From the NCBI GenBank assembly GCA_012295275.1, contig CM022668.1:5208001-5272000 (forward strand): a DNA stretch of 64,000 bases, read 5' to 3'. The translations under genes were made by a program, and so were the position numbers. Each line of letters opens with the position of its first letter. Position 1 is the stretch's first letter. Below the pieces are notes generated by a model. The model was not told the origin of the DNA and made no database searches. It saw nothing but the letters and a program-made list of their open reading frames with translations. This document shows positions 54,620 through 64,000 of this stretch, piece after piece. The stretch is from Chrysomallon squamiferum. Lineage: Eukaryota > Animalia > Mollusca.

Positions 54620-56443
54620 TCATAATTCACCCGCTGCCTTCAATACTTTGCGACCTATCTCTGCAAACATACCTTTTGCAACACGTACTTGCTTCTCGTA
54701 AATCAGTTCTGGGGGGTTGGGAAAGGTAAAATGAATAGCATATGTATCTGTTTCCCAGTTAAACGGCTGCGCAGAGTGTATTTTCTTGTAATCTGGATGG
54801 AATACTGGATGACACTGAAGGTGCAAACACATTACTTGCAGATGTTTTTCTACGTGAACAAGCCAGGGATATTTTTCAAACACTTTATAAGGCATCAGCA
54901 CCGGGTTGTGGGCAAAATTGTCATTTAAGTAATTCTTGTACGTGTTTTGCCATAGTTTTATGTACTTGGCCTCTGGCTTGGCCATTACAACACCCATGTT
55001 GATGCTGTCGGGAAAGAAGTCTCTTGGCGTGTGATCATAGTTCAGTATGACGTCATATCCGGCTGAGAGAAGGTCGTCAATGGGTTTTAGCCAAATGACG
55101 TCCCAGTCAACGTAAACTCCGCCGTACTTCAAAAGAACCTCTGCTCGTATGACGTCACTTTTATGGTGGCGATATCGAACCATGGTTCCGTAAATATAAA
55201 AGGGAATTTCCCTGTAGACGATGACCACTCTCGGTATTGCTTTGATTTTCTCGAAGTAGGCTCCATGCAGCAGATTATCCCCGTGTATGTAGATCTTGTC
55301 TGCTTTCACTATGTAAAGACTGCTTAAGACGCTTAGGTACATCACGTGCGTCATTGTTTCCTCGTTGTACCAGACGTAGTGTATGATCTTTGGAATGGGA
55401 GTACTTTTGTCAACACGAGCCGACACAGGCTGGGTGACTCCGTAGTAAAGGAATCTTAAAATATTACCTACATCTGACCTGACGGTCATGATGTTGACAG
55501 GAATTAAAGCCTTTTTAAGGACGAAACAGTCGGCATTTTCCAGACTTGTCGAGTTTAAATCTCGTACGATTGCACATCTGGTGTTTATCTTGAATTGGTC
55601 GATCGACATGTGATTTACAAGGACCTCTCTGTACGCAGTTATATTATTTCCGCTGTTAATTTTACTAAACACGACAGTTGAGTTTCTTCCTTTGTCGGAA
55701 AGTAGCGTAAAGTTTGTCGTACGATACCGAGAAACGGTGTCAGTTAAAACTGTTCCCCATGACACGAAGATACCGCCTCGCTCGGAGATGATGCCGAGGG
55801 CGTAAAGCAGACCACAGCGCGGGAACGTCGTCGTACCAGTGTGGTGCAGCGACAGGACGGGAATTGAAGTTATCAGTTCATCCAACCAGGCGTGGTAGCT
55901 GTTTTGTTTGGGCAGATGGTCGTAAAATATCTCGATGACGTCAGGTCGTAGAAACATCCAAGCACTCTTGACACTGAGGTAATGGTTGAATTCAAAGACT
56001 TTATCCTCATCATAGCCGCACCATACGAAATACACTATATTCGGAACGAGGTTTTCCTGTAACTCTAGCAACTGGGCGTTCTTTTTGAAGTTATCAGCGC
56101 TCCAGAACACGCTGCTGTCATTCCGTGCATCGGTTGTTGCGTTCAGGTCTGGAAACTCGCCATCAGTTTCCGTATCCTCTCTAATTCTAGCCAGCAACGC
56201 TTTCTTAATAAGCGAATGTTGCTCGCCGCGTGTTGTTATCAACTTCGATAGTAATTCATCACTGAGCTTTCTCTCGTAGATGTCGTCTGTATCTTCCTGC
56301 GTGTCATTGTGTGGCAAATTGCAAATTCGACCAAACAGCAGAATCTGATTCACGATTATTAAAATGATTGCCACTGTACTTAAGATATAAATTTTTCTCT
56401 TCAACGAAATAACAAATCTGTCCCTTATGTACGAAAGTATCAT
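54620..56443 (-). CDS. Type II membrane glycosyltransferase with two GT32-like (alpha-1,4-GT / DXD) domains; C-terminal domain has an intact DWD; 607 aa
   Basis: Single ORF; first ATG at 56443 (gaaaccATG), whereas the track uses an upstream GTG. N-terminal TM IYILSTVAIILIIVNQILLF. Domain 1: VPNIVYFVW...GGIFVSWGT. Domain 2: IPKIIHYVW...HKSDVIRAEVLLKYGGVYVDWDVIWLKP, typical of the A4GNT/A4GALT/Och1-like family. Confidence 0.9.
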   Translation of the reverse strand: MILSYIRDRFVISLKRKIYILSTVAIILIIVNQILLFGRICNLPHNDTQEDTDDIYERKLSDELLSKLITTRGEQHSLIKKALLARIREDTETDGEFPDLNATTDARNDSSVFWSADNFKKNAQLLELQENLVPNIVYFVWCGYDEDKVFEFNHYLSVKSAWMFLRPDVIEIFYDHLPKQNSYHAWLDELITSIPVLSLHHTGTTTFPRCGLLYALGIISERGGIFVSWGTVLTDTVSRYRTTNFTLLSDKGRNSTVVFSKINSGNNITAYREVLVNHMSIDQFKINTRCAIVRDLNSTSLENADCFVLKKALIPVNIMTVRSDVGNILRFLYYGVTQPVSARVDKSTPIPKIIHYVWYNEETMTHVMYLSVLSSLYIVKADKIYIHGDNLLHGAYFEKIKAIPRVVIVYREIPFYIYGTMVRYRHHKSDVIRAEVLLKYGGVYVDWDVIWLKPIDDLLSAGYDVILNYDHTPRDFFPDSINMGVVMAKPEAKYIKLWQNTYKNYLNDNFAHNPVLMPYKVFEKYPWLVHVEKHLQVMCLHLQCHPVFHPDYKKIHSAQPFNWETDTYAIHFTFPNPPELIYEKQVRVAKGMFAEIGRKVLKAAGEL

Positions 56444-59300
56444 GGTTTCGGTTAATATTTCATTAATGTGCAAGATGCTAGTTTCTTCTGTGACTGATAT
56501 CACCAGTTTTTTGTTAAGTTATATTGACGTATATAATTTGGTATGTTAAATTGACGGATGTATATATATATATATAACTTTCGTATGTGGAAAAGACGAA
56601 TATAATTTTCTTTTGTATTACTCTTGTCTTCTTTTCTGTTTTGACTTTGGTTTGCAGAATTTAAAAAAGTTTAAAATCTGTAATAAAAACCAGGTTTTTC
56701 AATATAACATAATAATTTAGGACAATATTAACAAATTGAAAAAACCCACACGTCCAGAATAACTAATCTCCAATACTGTTACCACTGCTATTATTATTAT
56801 TATTATTATTATTATTAGTTTATTAATTTAATTAGATAATTCGTTATTATGTCAATCATTATTTTATGTTTTTCTTCAAATTTCTGGGAATTATTGGTTA
56901 TTGTTTTTTGCTTGTATTCTTTCTTCGTTTTCTTTTTTTTTTTTTTTTTTTTTTTTTGATTTTGATTTTATTTTATTTATATATTACAGTAACAACAAAA
57001 ATAATACCAGTACTAATTTTACAATAATAAATGAATGAAGAAAAGACGATAAAATAAGAATAAAATACTATATAAAGACCCTATATGTAAAAATTTATGA
57101 GATTAAAATTTTAAAAATTAGGGATACTAAGTTAATTGTTAAATGAAAACAGCTGATATCCTACAAATAATAATAATAATAATAAAAACGGTTTTATTTC
57201 TTCTTTTTTTTATTTAATCCAAATATTTTTGAGAAACATGACTGTAGGCTTTACGATAAAGTAAAGTATCCATATTTGTTTTGCTGTTTAATTATCTCCC
57301 TTGAATAAAATTAATATTAACGACAGTGATGACGATGACAAAAAAAATAAAAAATAAAAATAAAAAAATAAGAAAATTAATAATAATAGTAATAAAAAAT
57401 AAAATAAAAATACAAAGAAAAAAAAATACTTTATAATGTAAATTTTAAAGTCACGCCTGAAAGACATAATTATTTGTTAACCTTTCACTTAGTGCCTCTC
57501 CCTCAATCAAAAACACTGAAATATAAAATGCTATTATTAATTATATATTTATATTTAAAGTTTACTGGTTCCAAACAATGTTCAAAATATGGATGCATAT
57601 TATTAACAGCAATCAACGATTTTAACTACTTACATTTTATGAAAATTTTATGAAAACATTTCTTTAAGCAAAGAATGGATGTTTCCACGTAGCCGTGTTA
57701 CGTCATCTACGACTGGTTTCCGTACGAAATACGCTGCAGTGACCTTCACCTAAATTATCATTAACCATAACTCTGTGACCGAACTGAATAATAATAATGA
57801 TGATGATGATAATAATAATAATAATAATAATAAAGAGAATAATAATGATGATCATCATCATCATGATGAACATAATAGTCCAAATTAAATAAAAATAATA
57901 ATAATTTATTAATATTTGTTTGTAATACATGACCAAGTATTTAAATATTAAAAACAGTTTAGTAAATTAATGTAAATTTTAAAATTATGTTTCTATCTTA
58001 AAGAAAGAAAGAAAGAAAAATAACTTTTAAGAAGAATCCTGATTTTGCATGCTTATATCTCCCACAACTTTTTAACACAGAAGCATGAAAATACACAGAT
58101 TTCTGCATTTAACCGGTAAATCCCGTGCTCGTATCTGAACAAGCAGTTCACCAAAATGGACTTTTAAGACCAAATAAAGGAAAGCACTGAGTCAATACTT
58201 TAAAATATAATAAAATGCTTAATTATAATCCGATTTTTATAATTCCAACTGCGTTATGTTCAGAATACAAATACCTGTTTTAAGAGATATTGCAAGACAT
58301 GGTTCAAAACGAAAACACGTTAGGGTAGGTTGACAGGGGGTGGAGTCAAATGACTGAATTCAGCTCACCTGCAGGACAAGATAAATTCACTTCACCAGCC
58401 TTTTCTGACAGTTTGCTTATAAAGCTAAGTATATTTCAAATTGTATTTCTCAAGTGAATTATCAATTTACTGTGGATTATTCAGTTTTCGTATGCAGCCA
58501 TTTGATGTCAACATCTGATAACTGTCAACATGTGACAGTTAATCAGATCCTGGTTGTTATTATTATGTGGCATTTTTTTAATCAGAAGAAAAGCTTTAAT
58601 GAAAAAACATATGCAATTATTCTACAGAATAAACTGAAATATTGGCTCGAAACAAAAACATTGTCAAAGTGAAACTGACTGAAATGCTCAGATTACCTCT
58701 ACTGGCGGCAAAAACGGTGATTTCGAAAGAGGAAACGTTGATCTTTATTTTCATGTACATCGCAAGCTCCTTTGAACAGAAGTGAATTTGTGTCGAGCTG
58801 AGAAAACTTGAGCAGTTTTCGACTGAATCAGGCTTTGCGGGCACCTGCGCAGTGCGGACACCAGTATCTGAGAGAGTGTAAGTATTTCAGTATAAACTAG
58901 TTTTAGTCAAACTTAAATGTTACTCTAAAATGATGATTTGAGAGACGTGTAGAGTTTGATGGAAAATGAAACCACCCAGTTTAGTCTTCATTACGCTGCT
59001 TCGGTTAGAACGGGAAACATGGACTCTAGAAACATTTATCTTTCGACTAATCTCTATTTCTTAACTCTGGTGATCTTTATAAAATTATAAAAAAAAAAGT
59101 TTTATGTTAAACTGAAAATACATAAATCTGTAATTTGTAGTTCGAATATTAAACTGAACATTAAATGATGTTTGTTATTGATCGTTATACAATTTCTTTT
59201 CAACCACAATAGAAAGAAATTCACTTGAAATTTTATATTTCACACACTGAATTAACAAACGCATGCACGTGTATTTATACATACATGTATATATTATCTA

Positions 59301-59332
<32 letters not shown>

Positions 59333-60204
59333 CCCATACATCACAATGATGATGATGATGATGATAATAATAACAATAGTAGTAGTAGTGTAGTAGCAGT
59401 AGTAGTAGTTGTTGTTGGTGGTGGTGTAATAATAACAGCAACAAATAGCGATAACTATAATAACATTAGAAAGCTAGCTAGCTAGATAGATAAATAAGTA
59501 AATAAATAAGTAAATAAATAAACAAAGACATAAATAATATGAATCTAAATAATTTTAGGAATTCGGAATAGTAATAATAATGATGATGATGATGATAATG
59601 ATGATAATAATAATAATAACAACAACAACAACAATAATCTTAAATATAATATAATGTAAAAAAAATAATAAAACAAAATAGCATGAAATAAATTCTAGCA
59701 GTGTCCTAAGTTATACATTAGTCAAAGAAAATAAAATCACTTCTTGTTAAAACCGGTTATTGTGATAGTTTTTTTTATTTCACTTGTTTATAACAAAGAT
59801 AAGAAATATTATCAAGAGATAAATACCAAACAACTAAAAACAACAAAATAAAAAAACAACATTAACTCGGTAAGAATTGGTGTAGAAACATTGTCAGACA
59901 TTTTAATTTGGAAATAGTTTGTATATGTAATTAAATTTAGGGAAGTCATTTTGATATAATCATTTATTTCCATTTCCGTGTCTTACTTATTATTATTTCG
60001 GCAAAATGTTCAGTTCTCGTATCTTGTCTGTAATATTTGTTTTTTTGCGGTTTGCTTTACATCTGTAACAGGAACATACGAGACGGGTTTTCGGTAATAT
60101 TCGGAAAAGACACGAAAAAATCCGATCATTTGATTATTATTGAACACAGTGACGCAGTACCTCGTCTGTGACAGACAGGGCTGATATATCACCGTGAAAC
60201 TGTT

Positions 60205-62205
60205 TCACATACTGAAAACTTCCTGGTTTCTTACGGACTCAGACAGTCTCCTGGTTTCCTCGAGCATCTCCTCTTCGGCTGCTTTTAAAACATTTTTGCC
60301 GATTTCTGCCAATCTTCCCTGGCCACTGACTAACAGCTGCTCGGACAGGAAAATCTGGGGCTCTGGGAACAGGAAATGAACCGCGTACGAGTCTTCCGTC
60401 CAGTCGTAAGGGTCATCCGAAGTCGTGTTCGAGTTCAGGGGGTGGGAGGGGTGACAGTGAGGTCCCACGCAGATCACCTGCAGCCGACTGTCCACGTGGA
60501 CCAACCACGGATACTTCTCGAATAATTTATACGGCATTTTGGCCGAGCCGTAGTCGATGTCTTTGTCCTGGTAGTACTTGTACGAGTCCTGCAGCGCTTT
60601 CAAAAACTCTGCTTCGGGCTTCGCCAGCACAACTTCCATGTTGACGGTGGCTGCGAAATTGTCCACAACTGCGTTGTCGAAGCTGACGACGACGTCGTAT
60701 CCAGATGTTAGCAGGTCGTCGACCGGTCTCAACCAAATGACGTCCCAGCCGACGTAAATTCCGCCGTACTTCAAGAGTATCTGATTCATCGTGACGTCAG
60801 TTCTGTGAAAGGAATACTTAATGTCCTGGCCGAAGATCTGAGTCGGCGGCTCTCTGTAAATGACGCGGAGGTTCGGATGAGATTTAATTTTGTCCCAGTA
60901 CGAGCCTTCTGGGGTGTGGTCCCCGTGTATGTACGCCCTGTCAGCTTTCACTATGTAGAGACTGCTCAGCAAGCTCAGGTACATCATGTAGGTCATCTCT
61001 GTCTTTCCGTACAGCACGTAGTGTATTATTTTTGGTATGGAAGTCGTCTTGTCCACGCGAGTCTGCACAGGATGAGCGACGCCGTAATAGACAAATCTCA
61101 GAACGTTCCCGACGTCCGACCGCACAGACATGATGTCGGTAGGTCGTATTGATTCGGTTAGGACGAAACAATTCAGTTTCCTTTCCATGCTGAAGTTTAC
61201 GTTCTGGACCGTTTCACATATTTCTAAACTGTTGCTAATGGAAACATTGTTCTTACTGTACTTAAGTTCAGTGACAGCTGTGTGACCTTGTTTACTTACG
61301 ACAATTTTTATTTTTCCCTGACTGTCAAAAACGACCATAAAATCAAATGCCCGATATTGAGAAACGGTGCTAGTTATAATCGTGTCCCATGTAATGTAGA
61401 TACCGCCTCTGTCGAACAGAACATCTAGTCCGAATCCCTTGGCACATTGAGATATCATATCAGAATTGAGCTGGCTCAGAAAAAGAGCTGGAATCGTATC
61501 ATTTAGTTCATCTAGCCACGAGTCGTACATGTTCTGTTTTGGCAGATGGTCGTAATATATCTCGATGACGTCAGGTCGTAGAAACGCCCAAGCACTCTTA
61601 ACGCTAAGGTAATGATTGAACTGGAAGTAATTATTGTCATCTTTTTTACACCATACAAAATACACGCTGTTTGGAACTAGATTTCTCTGAAGTTCAAAAT
61701 TCCGTGACCTGTTGATCATTTCTGAAAAACGACCGTCTATTTCCGCGTCTGCTTTGTTGTCGTTTTTCTCTTTTGATTCCAACAGTTCACCGTCTGATAA
61801 CTTTTCTGCTTTCACCGACTTCTCTTGGACACTCTTTATGACATCTTTAAGCGATATATTTTTTCCTGCCTTTATCTTTTCGACGTTTTTAAAATCATTT
61901 ATCGTTTGAGAAACACGATGGTCGTAATTCGTTTCAAGCAGGAAATAATCATTCTCTGTTCTGTTAAGTTTAATGGCAAAGTCTTTTACTACATCACGTT
62001 TTAATAGCGATTTTTCCTTAAGTCCGCCGGCCACTTCAAAATTTAAATCGTCAATAAATGAATGTCTCTGGGTTATTAACTTGTTCTTTTTGTAGAACCG
62101 GCATGTCTGTGTGTGACGTAGTATCCGAAATGTTACTACCAGAATAATGATGATTAAAACCAAAACAAGAATTTTTCTTCGGAATAGCGACACCGTGTAC
62201 TCCAT
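60205..62205 (-). CDS. Paralogous type II membrane two-domain GT32-like glycosyltransferase, DXD degenerate (GWD); 666 aa
   Basis: Single ORF; TM ILVLVLIIIILVVTF after RRK; VPNSVYFVW...GGIYITWDT and IPKIIHYVL...LLKYGGIYVGWDVIWLRP. Colinear with the 54620-56443 gene. A 5' UTR acceptor lies at 62257-62256. Confidence 0.9.
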   Translation of the reverse strand: MEYTVSLFRRKILVLVLIIIILVVTFRILRHTQTCRFYKKNKLITQRHSFIDDLNFEVAGGLKEKSLLKRDVVKDFAIKLNRTENDYFLLETNYDHRVSQTINDFKNVEKIKAGKNISLKDVIKSVQEKSVKAEKLSDGELLESKEKNDNKADAEIDGRFSEMINRSRNFELQRNLVPNSVYFVWCKKDDNNYFQFNHYLSVKSAWAFLRPDVIEIYYDHLPKQNMYDSWLDELNDTIPALFLSQLNSDMISQCAKGFGLDVLFDRGGIYITWDTIITSTVSQYRAFDFMVVFDSQGKIKIVVSKQGHTAVTELKYSKNNVSISNSLEICETVQNVNFSMERKLNCFVLTESIRPTDIMSVRSDVGNVLRFVYYGVAHPVQTRVDKTTSIPKIIHYVLYGKTEMTYMMYLSLLSSLYIVKADRAYIHGDHTPEGSYWDKIKSHPNLRVIYREPPTQIFGQDIKYSFHRTDVTMNQILLKYGGIYVGWDVIWLRPVDDLLTSGYDVVVSFDNAVVDNFAATVNMEVVLAKPEAEFLKALQDSYKYYQDKDIDYGSAKMPYKLFEKYPWLVHVDSRLQVICVGPHCHPSHPLNSNTTSDDPYDWTEDSYAVHFLFPEPQIFLSEQLLVSGQGRLAEIGKNVLKAAEEEMLEETRRLSESVRNQEVFSM

Positions 62206-62312
62206 TTTCTTGTACAGTTCAACTCATTTCCGTCCTGTCGTTTTTCACGAAAGACCTAAAAAAAAGAGAAAAAATAATGGTTTGTTTTACATCAAATATG
62301 TAACCGTAACTT

Positions 62313-62365
<53 letters not shown>

Positions 62366-62464
62366 GAAGAAGAAGAAGAATCTTAATAATGTTTTTAATT
62401 ATAATAAATAAATAAATATCACTAGTACAAGTACTGCTGCCGCTGCTACTACTACTACTCCTGT

Positions 62465-62505
<41 letters not shown>

Positions 62506-62877
62506 GTAATATTAATAATAGTAATACTTATACTAAAAAGCTATTAATAATAATAAAAATAAACAAACAAACAAAAATAAATTAAATATAAATTAAATAA
62601 ATGAATAAATAAAAAAAAAAGCTTCTCATTAGTACCTCGTAGCTTGAAAGGGGCGCTAAGATTTTCTGTTTAATTATTATGCTACATTATTGTCAGTTAA
62701 CATTTAACAAATAGAGGTTTTAAAGATTTTATAACTTTGGGCCTATTTAGCAGACCCGAATCAAACATAAAACAAAATAAAATTAAAAAATTAAAAACTG
62801 TATGTACCTGGCGAAAGATGAAGGTTTTCTTAATCTACAAACTACCGAAGATATAAAAAGTAATTTAATCTCCAGGT

Positions 62878-62908
<31 letters not shown>

Positions 62909-63213
62909 TCTGTTTTGTTATAGTTACTTTTCATATTATTTTTATTATTATATCAGAATTGATATATTATTATCACTGTTATTCTGTTTTCTTCCTTTTT
63001 ATTAACATTGTTCACTTTTACCGCTGATTAGTTTTGTTCCTTTTTACTTTTATTTGCTCTATAATATTTTTATATAATCCTCTCAAAGAAATTTCAATAC
63101 TCTTATTAGAATACCTCTCAATTTAGGGTTGAAGTGTTAAAATTGATGATTATTATTCAGTGTTCAAAATGTGTAGCTGAAATCTGAAAAAAAAAAAAAA
63201 AAAATAAAAAAAT

Positions 63214-63287
<74 letters not shown>

Positions 63288-64000
63288 CAGTTTTTGTGGC
63301 ATATTTGTGACTGATGAATGACATTTACAATTTTTTATATTGTAAATGCTTACATCTGCTTTCTTATGTATCGCTGTTTTTCCACGAACACTGTTTTATT
63401 ATTGTTGTTGTTGTTGTTGTAAGATAACTTTCAGCAACAGCTCTCGTGGAACAGGGGAAATAATTCTATAATAATAATTTATTAATTTTTCGCACGTCAT
63501 GTTTTTTTTTTTTTTGTATTCTTTTTTTATCTTACTCAGCAGTAATGACGTCAAATTTTTGATCCAGTAAACAGTTAATTGTTTCTTTTATTATAAATCA
63601 GTGGACATGCACTATTTTTAAGTCACTGTTTGAAACATTTACTTACTATTTATAAGAGGCAGACATCACCAAACTGTACGCATCCATTTTACCAAAATTC
63701 TGTAATTACGTCATTTATTTGGGATAATCTGATTGGTTAAAGCGAGTGTTCTTGGCTTTTAATGTAAAAGAATAATATGAAATTTTGTTTTATTATTTAG
63801 TTTGTTTATTACTGTTGTGAACATTGCTTTTGTGGTTGTTACTGATGTTGTTGTTGTTATTATTATTAATTTATGAGTAGATAAATGAACGAACGAACGA
63901 ACGAATAAATTAATTAAATTAAAAAATAATAAACAAATAAATGTTTTTCAAAGCGGATCTGTTGTAGTATGAAAAGACTTACAATATCAGCCGTGGGGTG

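Noticed and set aside
54620-62205. Bacterial horizontal transfer or contamination of the intronless glycosyltransferases
   Set aside because: Both have Golgi type II signal anchors, 5' UTR splice acceptors and host-type microsatellite flanks. Intron-poor CDSs are usual for animal GT32 genes.

Overview
Eukaryotic, very AT-rich and microsatellite-dense animal genomic DNA. The nuclear-receptor type and mucin architecture suggest a lophotrochozoan, probably a mollusc (inference). Almost all ORFs in the supplied track are simple-repeat artefacts. Manual spliced translation supports five genes. (1) The 5' part of a minus-strand Ser/Thr/Met-rich repeat protein that runs off the left edge (105-bp/35-aa repeat). 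(2) A minus-strand transmembrane mucin with signal peptide, about 83 x 12-aa Thr-rich repeats, SEA, EGF, TM and cytoplasmic tail (7392-18936). It carries an in-frame TGA and frameshifts, so it is either a pseudogene or an assembly error. (3) A plus-strand PPAR-like (NR1C-type) nuclear receptor with 7 coding exons (43655-50743). (4-5) Two tandem minus-strand type II membrane glycosyltransferases with intronless CDSs, each containing two GT32/DXD-like domains. There is also a TA-flanked MITE with long TIRs and several minisatellites. The most notable observations are: two splice donors of the nuclear receptor amplified into tandem arrays, one yielding nine extra AG/GT-flanked in-frame copies of the P-box (LHSCEGCK); a dense AGGTCA/RORE cluster upstream of that receptor; a shortened GRIP-box/hinge; and a glycosyltransferase paralog that has lost its DXD motif.
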